Below are positions 61,683 to 64,000 of a stretch of 64,000 nt of DNA, one piece after another (positions within the stretch are counted from its first letter, which is position 1; every line of letters starts with the position of its first letter). A program made the translations under genes and the position numbers. Source of the stretch: an uncultured Candidatus Saccharibacteria bacterium (GTDB taxonomy: Bacteria; Patescibacteriota; Saccharimonadia; Saccharimonadales; Saccharimonadaceae); the NCBI GenBank assembly GCA_937990725.1, contig CALKQS010000008.1, forward strand, positions 79,217 through 143,216, given 5' to 3'. Under the pieces are notes generated by a model that was not told the origin of the DNA, searched no databases, and saw only the letters and a program-made list of their open reading frames with translations.

Positions 61683-62174
61683 ATGACTTCAGCAGGAAAT
61701 GAATTTTATTGGGGTATTGTTGTTGCATCGTTGGCATACCTGGTAAAGAATTTTGTGTTTGACCAAATATTGGAATACCAGAGAGTAAAAGGAAGAATTC
61801 GGAATCGTTTGCGATACTATGCAAATGTTATTCATAGTACTAACCTAAATGAAAAGTTTATACAGGAAGTGCGGTCAGAATTTCGGCAGTTGAGCTGTGA
61901 TTTAGAAGAGAAATACTTTGCTGTTTTTATATTGGTAAGGCTAAAAGTTGTTCATTGGTTATTTGGGCTACCGTCGAAAAAAGATGTTATTGAAGCTGCC
62001 AAGAGTCTCATCTATTTATCAAATAGTGTTGGTGATAAAGGTGAAAACCGTGAAAGTCCTGTAAAACTTCAAGAGGAAGTTGATAAAGTAAAGGATCTTT
62101 TGTCAATAGGAAGTAGTGAGAATATAGTTGATAATATACGAAGATTCTTTAAAAGAAAAGGTGAAACTTCTTAA
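61683..62174 (+). CDS. hypothetical protein with an N-terminal TM helix, last AT-rich gene of the R-M island
   Basis: 163-aa ORF, about 35% GC, with no recognisable motif. It ends 2 nt before the GC-normal DUF167 gene. Confidence 0.45.
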   Translation: MTSAGNEFYWGIVVASLAYLVKNFVFDQILEYQRVKGRIRNRLRYYANVIHSTNLNEKFIQEVRSEFRQLSCDLEEKYFAVFILVRLKVVHWLFGLPSKKDVIEAAKSLIYLSNSVGDKGENRESPVKLQEEVDKVKDLLSIGSSENIVDNIRRFFKRKGETS

Positions 62175-62176
62175 CC

Positions 62177-62410
62177 ATGAAAATCCCCGCCACAATCAAA
62201 CCCAACTCCCGCCACCGCGAAGAAGTCGTGGTGGGTAGCGACGGCGTGTATATCATCTACACTAAAGCGCCGGCGATTGAGGGACGGGCGAATGCGGCGG
62301 CCATTAAGCTGCTAGCTAAATATTTTGGCGTGCCGCAGTCGGGGGTAAAGCTAGTGCGTGGGGCGACATCGAAGCATAAGGTGTTTAATATCGATAACGC
62401 AGTTCAATAA
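62177..62410 (+). CDS. DUF167 (YggU-like) family protein
   Basis: ...YTKAPAIEGRANAAAIKLLAKYFGVPQSGVKLVRGATSKHKVFNI matches the DUF167 consensus (G.AN..L...LA..F.V....V.IV.G..SR.K). Confidence 0.7.
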   Translation: MKIPATIKPNSRHREEVVVGSDGVYIIYTKAPAIEGRANAAAIKLLAKYFGVPQSGVKLVRGATSKHKVFNIDNAVQ

Positions 62411-62744
62411 AATACATGTCTGATTGGGCACAGAGTACCCAACAAAAAATGACAATATAGCTTTTGTAAACAGTACATCGCCAAGAATTCTGGTGCGCAT
62501 AATGTATACAAGAAAAGTGAGACGTTATAAAACGCTGGAACGTAAGTTGCCGAATAGCTGCTTCTTTCTTCTGCAAGAACCTGCCTTGTCTTACCTCACT
62601 GGATAAAGCGATGATAACACCATCATTAATCCGAGTAAGTATTTCATTACGGTGCATTAATCTGCTTTTGCAATGCCGACGTGTATAAGCGTAGGAAAGA
62701 AGGGCAAGACACTCAAAAAAATCTTAATATTCAGGTGTATATTC

Positions 62745-64000
62745 CTACGGATAATTAACACCTGGTGCAGTCTTGCCCAGCAGTGCCTGCACGGTGACGA
62801 AGCGATAGCCTTGCTGTTTGAGTGTGCTGAGGATGCACGGTACGGCATTCACAGAGGTGGGGTGGATATCGTGCATGAGGATGATGGCACCTGGCCGTGC
62901 ACCAGCAACGGCACGATTGCAGACGATGGTGCTGTTGCGATCGGCCCAGTCGCGCGTATCAACCGACCACAAGATGGAGGCCATACCGCGCTGGCGTAGC
63001 TGCTCGAGGACGACGCTATTCACTGCGCCATATGGTGGACGCATGATAGTGGGCGCGGTGCCTGTTGCTTGAGTAATAGCACTGTTGGTGCGGTCGAGCT
63101 CGCTGCCGATTGCTTCTGCACTATACTGCGGCAGCACCGGATGGCTCCACGAGTGATTACCGAGCTGGTGGCCACTGGTGTGGATGCGGCGCGCGACGTC
63201 AGCACGGGCTGCAACTTTGCTGCCAATCATGAAGAATGTGCCTTTTGCACCATACTGGTCTAGGGTGTCAAGCAGCTCATTGGTATATGGCCCAGGTCCA
63301 TCGTCGAAGGTGAGGGCGATGCAGGCTTGAGCGCAGGACGCAGAGGGCGCTGGTGCGGCTGGTGCAGGGGTAGCAATTGGTTTGGGCTGCGGCTTGGGCA
63401 GGGCAGGAATGGTGGCAATTTGCCGTGCCTGGGTGGTTTGCAGTGCGGCGAGGATACTCGTGAAGGGGAGAGAGATCGTCATTGTGCCATACGATGACGG
63501 CACGAGTGCAGCTTGGCTAAAGGGCCAGGCAAGCGTATTGTCATTAGTGATAACGAAGTTGGTGAGTGCGTCTTCTGTGACCATTTCGCCAAGATCGACG
63601 GCTGGCTGCTGGCGCTCGGCAATTGTTGCCGCAACGGAGCGCTGCGCAGCATCAATGACGGTGCGGAGGTGTGCGGTATTGCCACCAACGAGGTCGCGTA
63701 GGGTGATAGCCGCACCCGTCTGCTTGTTGAATGTCCAAAATCGGGTAAAGCTGGCGGGGTGAGCACCGTGGGTGTCTTGGTTAGCCTGGATAATAACGGA
63801 TAGAGCAGTATTGGTATTGTGGGTAATTTGGTAGCTAATTGCCTCAGTCATTGGTCGATGGAAGGTGCGGCCGGCCGCGACGCTTTGGCGAAACTCATGA
63901 TCGAGCTGGTCGATGGCGCTCGCGATAGTAGTGTCGACTGTGTTATTGCCTGTCAGTGGATATTCGAGCGAAGCTTTTTCTTTAGCAGAGGTGCGGCTGA
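62745..64000 (-). CDS. PdaC-like polysaccharide (peptidoglycan) deacetylase with an N-terminal DUF3298-type domain, 5'-partial
   Basis: NodB motifs TFDDGPGPYT and HSWSHP. The upstream DUF3298-like block is QDTHGAHPASFTRFWTFNKQTGAAITLRDL. The reading frame stays open from 63851 to nt 64000, so the N-terminus lies outside the window. Confidence 0.8.
   Translation of the reverse strand, partial: SRTSAKEKASLEYPLTGNNTVDTTIASAIDQLDHEFRQSVAAGRTFHRPMTEAISYQITHNTNTALSVIIQANQDTHGAHPASFTRFWTFNKQTGAAITLRDLVGGNTAHLRTVIDAAQRSVAATIAERQQPAVDLGEMVTEDALTNFVITNDNTLAWPFSQAALVPSSYGTMTISLPFTSILAALQTTQARQIATIPALPKPQPKPIATPAPAAPAPSASCAQACIALTFDDGPGPYTNELLDTLDQYGAKGTFFMIGSKVAARADVARRIHTSGHQLGNHSWSHPVLPQYSAEAIGSELDRTNSAITQATGTAPTIMRPPYGAVNSVVLEQLRQRGMASILWSVDTRDWADRNSTIVCNRAVAGARPGAIILMHDIHPTSVNAVPCILSTLKQQGYRFVTVQALLGKTAPGVNYP

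Noticed and set aside
62411-62744. 90-aa minus-strand ORF (62385-62657) and 60-aa plus-strand ORF in the gap between the DUF167 gene and the deacetylase gene.
   Set aside because: The segment is AT-rich, I recognise no motif, promoter or SD, and the 90-aa ORF overlaps the DUF167 stop region. It is possibly a decayed remnant, but I cannot support a gene call.

Overview
This window looks like part of a small, streamlined bacterial chromosome. Gene content suggests a Patescibacteria/CPR lineage, possibly Saccharibacteria-like: a type IV pilus operon, a short ComEC lacking the beta-lactamase domain, a sortase, many salvage-type hydrolases, a short TsaB, and tRNAs with encoded CCA. This is an inference only; I ran no search.

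The backbone is about 50-55% GC by eye. It carries dnaJ with a perfect CIRCE operator, rimK, yebC, comEC, ruvC, a class A PBP, ruvA, ruvB, recA, two recX paralogues, pilBCMNO plus a separate pilin, tsaE/tsaB, rny, eno, gpmA, tRNA-Lys(UUU), and a tandem tRNA-Pro(CGG)/tRNA-Pro(UGG) pair.

Four AT-richer or mosaic accessory blocks interrupt it:
1. 6.2-11.7 kb: a DUF1704/MATCAP-like metallopeptidase, two extra ATP-grasp ligases (one fused to a RimB-type retropepsin domain), and RimK.
2. 28.2-30.0 kb: a Nudix hydrolase plus two serine hydrolases, wedged between the two recX copies.
3. 44.3-47.2 kb, next to the tRNA-Pro genes: a small ORF, a truncated M50-like gene, an ABC exporter pair, and a very GC-rich helix-turn-helix gene remnant.
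4. 52.3-62.2 kb: a composite type I restriction-modification island. Its order is a GIY-YIG/T5orf172 gene, hsdM, an internally deleted RhuM-like gene, a 755-aa ABC/AAA_13-like ATPase in the PrrC/RloC position, hsdS with a 12-bp x4 specificity-spacer repeat, a frameshifted hsdR, and an orphan membrane ORF.

A recurrent signal directly visible in the sequence is a -10 box (often extended, TGnTAYAAT) placed exactly 6 nt before the ATG of many genes. This implies widespread leaderless transcripts and helped me choose start codons.

I saw no rRNA, CRISPR array or intact transposase. All family assignments come from motifs I recognise by eye, not from database searches.
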